A DNA stretch of 64,000 nt, from positions 1 to 64,000 of the forward strand of contig NW_026863406.1 of NCBI RefSeq assembly GCF_026571515.1, written 5' to 3'. This DNA is from Ruditapes philippinarum. Its lineage: Eukaryota. Positions 61,281 through 64,000 of this stretch are shown here, piece after piece; the stretch's first letter is position 1, and each line of letters opens with the position of its first letter. The translations under genes were made by a program, and so were the position numbers. Below the pieces are notes generated by a model, which made no database searches, was not told the origin of the DNA, and saw nothing but the letters and a program-made list of their open reading frames with translations.

Positions 61281-64000
61281 CAACACAAAATGTCAAGTTC
61301 AATTTAATTCTTTTTTAATTTATCACTGGAATAGTTCATCAAATTATAAAATAGATTATAATAGTCCACAAATATTACAATAAAGCTAACACCTGAATTA
61401 ACTAAATATAATTTCAAAGTATAGACTAGATGTTATATACGTCCGAAATTCTAGATAAGACTTTAGATGTTGTAAGTTCCGATTCAAAATAAGACTTATT
61501 TAAAATATAAAAAAAACTACAAAATGTTGTCATAGTGATTAAGCCTTAAGCTCTATTAGCAATAAATGCCATAAGATAATCAAGTATGGCTTGTTTGATA
61601 AATAGACTAGGAAATTGATAATCAAGCCATAAAGTATTAAAATTGAAAGGTGATAATATTTCATTTTGACCACTATGACATGTTTATACTGCAGTTGTAA
61701 AATTTATCAGTTGAGAATCTAAAAGTAATTTATATCAAAATATTTATGTAACATGAAATTCTTTTAATGATTGTTAAAAATGTAAAAGTTAATTTACGAA
61801 TATTGAAATTGTCATTTTTTTATAATTAATACTCTAAAAGCACTTTGACAAGGAAATGTTATGTTACAGAACCATATGGCATGCATTTTATGTAACCGGT
61901 ATTTCTTGCAATTTTTTATTACCTTTTATCTATTAGTTGTTCAATTCTAGCTGTAAATCATAACTTGGTTTAAACTATTTTGCTTGTTATTAACTTTTGG
62001 ATACATTTATTTTCAATTGCTGACTTAAAAGCCGTATGTCCGACCATCATTCATTGTTATATGGTCACTTTAACGTGCTTGTCCCGTTATTGAAAAATAA
62101 CTCTACGTCCATTTATTATTCTCATATTAGAATACTTTATTGTTTAAGTATCTAATCTCACACTCAATCTAACCTCAAACTTTTAATTCATGAGCTGTTT
62201 ATTTTTAACTAGAAGTTCCAATGATGTCATCAACTTATGTTTACTAACATATAATTTGCTTGACTCTGTAGTGGGTAGAAGGACAACATATACAAGCTTA
62301 GTTTCGGACAAACATGTATCAAAACAATTAATGCATAGGAACAGATATTTACACTGAATATTTCGTTACTTAGGGTAATTTCATATAAATTGCCATAACC
62401 TTTGTAAGTCATGTAAATACACAAATTACTAATATGAAAATGAATATTAGGAAACAAAACATCTTAGAGCACATATACCTGCACCATGTAGTATGCTTAA
62501 ATGTCATGTGATAGCCACGCAACAACCATGTAAAAAAAAAACTAAACAGAAAATATTTTGAAGATACTCAGAGAGGTTTTAAGTTATAGGTCCTTGATTT
62601 TAAGATGCCACGTCAGTTTTACATCAGAGAGTTGTGCTTTTCAAAGACGTAAATGAGGCTTTTTCAGTTTTCTATTTTCAGACAAAGACTAAAGTGTATA
62701 TGTGAAGACTTTTTATAAAGATGCTAAAAGGCATCTTAATTACTTGGAGGGTTTTATTTCATTTTTTAAACCAGGAAAAATAAGAAAGAAATAACTGATA
62801 CACCAGTCACTTAGCTCATTAACCTACCAACATGATATCATCTAGTTACATCTACATGCTACTGCTAGCAGGCGCGTTGTCGGGGAACTGTTATTAAAAG
62901 AAATTATCTATGTGCAAATTTAAAAAGATAAAAGTTGTACAAGCCTATTAATTCAAAAGACATATCGTGCAATTTACAATTTATAGAATGGGTCAAGCCT
63001 CTCAGTAAAGATATTAAAACTGGGGTTATTCCAAAGACGTATATCATAAAATGTATATCATTTCGTTTATTTCGCACTTTCGCGTAAGTCTGTATCACCC
63101 AAGCGTTTGGGTTTTACCGTCCAACTACAATACAAACATCTGATGATACAGACTAACAATTTTTTCATTATTTTTATCCTTTCCACTCAAAATGAACAAA
63201 GGGTGGCTTGAACTTGAAAGCGATCCAGGTGAATATACTGTTATAATATGCAAAGAAAAAGAGTGGTGTTCATTTCAACAGACGTATCGAAAGGAAACGT
63301 GATATCGACTTTTATAGCATGAACACCAGTAAACGTCTAACGTAATTTCGGATTTTCAGATATTGTTCAGTCGTGTGTTTTTAGCTCGGACTACCTACCG
63401 TAAAATTGAGTTATCATGTTCAAGATGTGTTTTTGCAGGAGAATGACATGCCTGACATATTAATATGAAAAAGGCAAAGCCTCAAAGCTCAATTTACTTT
63501 TACCGTGAAAAACTGAAATAGTATAAAATAATGCAATCCGGTCAACTCGTCCCCTGGTCAACTTGGCCCCTGGTCAACTCGTCACCTTTTTGGTCAACTC
63601 GTCCCCTACTTTTGGTCAGGTACGTATATTAACGGTATCCGCAACAAGGTTTTAGACCGAGATTGCTGTCGTGTCGGTCGTGCGCATGCGCACATGCTAC
63701 CAAAAAATTTAATCGATGGCGGACGGAGCAATTTTTGTTGATGAAAAATCTGTAAATTAAGTGTTAATTTACGAGCATCGGCACAAAATACTCAAGAAAT
63801 AATGACAGGTAAGTCTTATGTTTTTGTTATGTACGTGTATTTTTACTAGATTACGCTTCCAAATGGCGTAAATCGGGTGTGGAAATTTCCAGTCTGTATG
63901 AATGAGATCGACAAAATGGCGGATATTTGTTAAAAACGGGTGAACATGTATAAAATCTGCAGAGTTATCAGGCTTAACCTACTTGTAGAAAACTGATTAA

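Overview
Eukaryotic, AT-rich, intron-rich animal genomic DNA. The SINE and pearl/HINE-type repeats suggest a bivalve mollusc (inference). Four spliced protein-coding genes can be reconstructed by hand: (1) an RNA polymerase I RPA34/PAF49 (POLR1G)-like gene on + (about 2821-16535, 9 exons) with a long N-terminal low-complexity extension; (2) the YOD1/OTU1 deubiquitinase on + (19892-20806, single coding exon); (3) an uncharacterised ~980 aa disordered protein with many SIM-like motifs and AT-hooks on - (27709 to at least 33903, probably 42672); (4) TMA7 on - (48906-57184, 4 exons). Introns and intergenic DNA are dense with mobile elements. These include a 292-bp TRIM whose LTR contains a tRNA-Lys-derived Pol III cassette, a very young 1.7-kb Gypsy/Mag-type LTR element that keeps only integrase, an intron-containing pogo/Fot1-like transposon inside one copy of a tandem duplication (the other copy shows the empty site), several MITEs, Helentron-associated elements with internal satellite arrays, CORE- and Meta-type SINEs, and a palindromic Crypton-like element inside a LINE remnant. 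All coordinates were read by eye; 5' exon assignments of genes 1 and 3 are the least certain.
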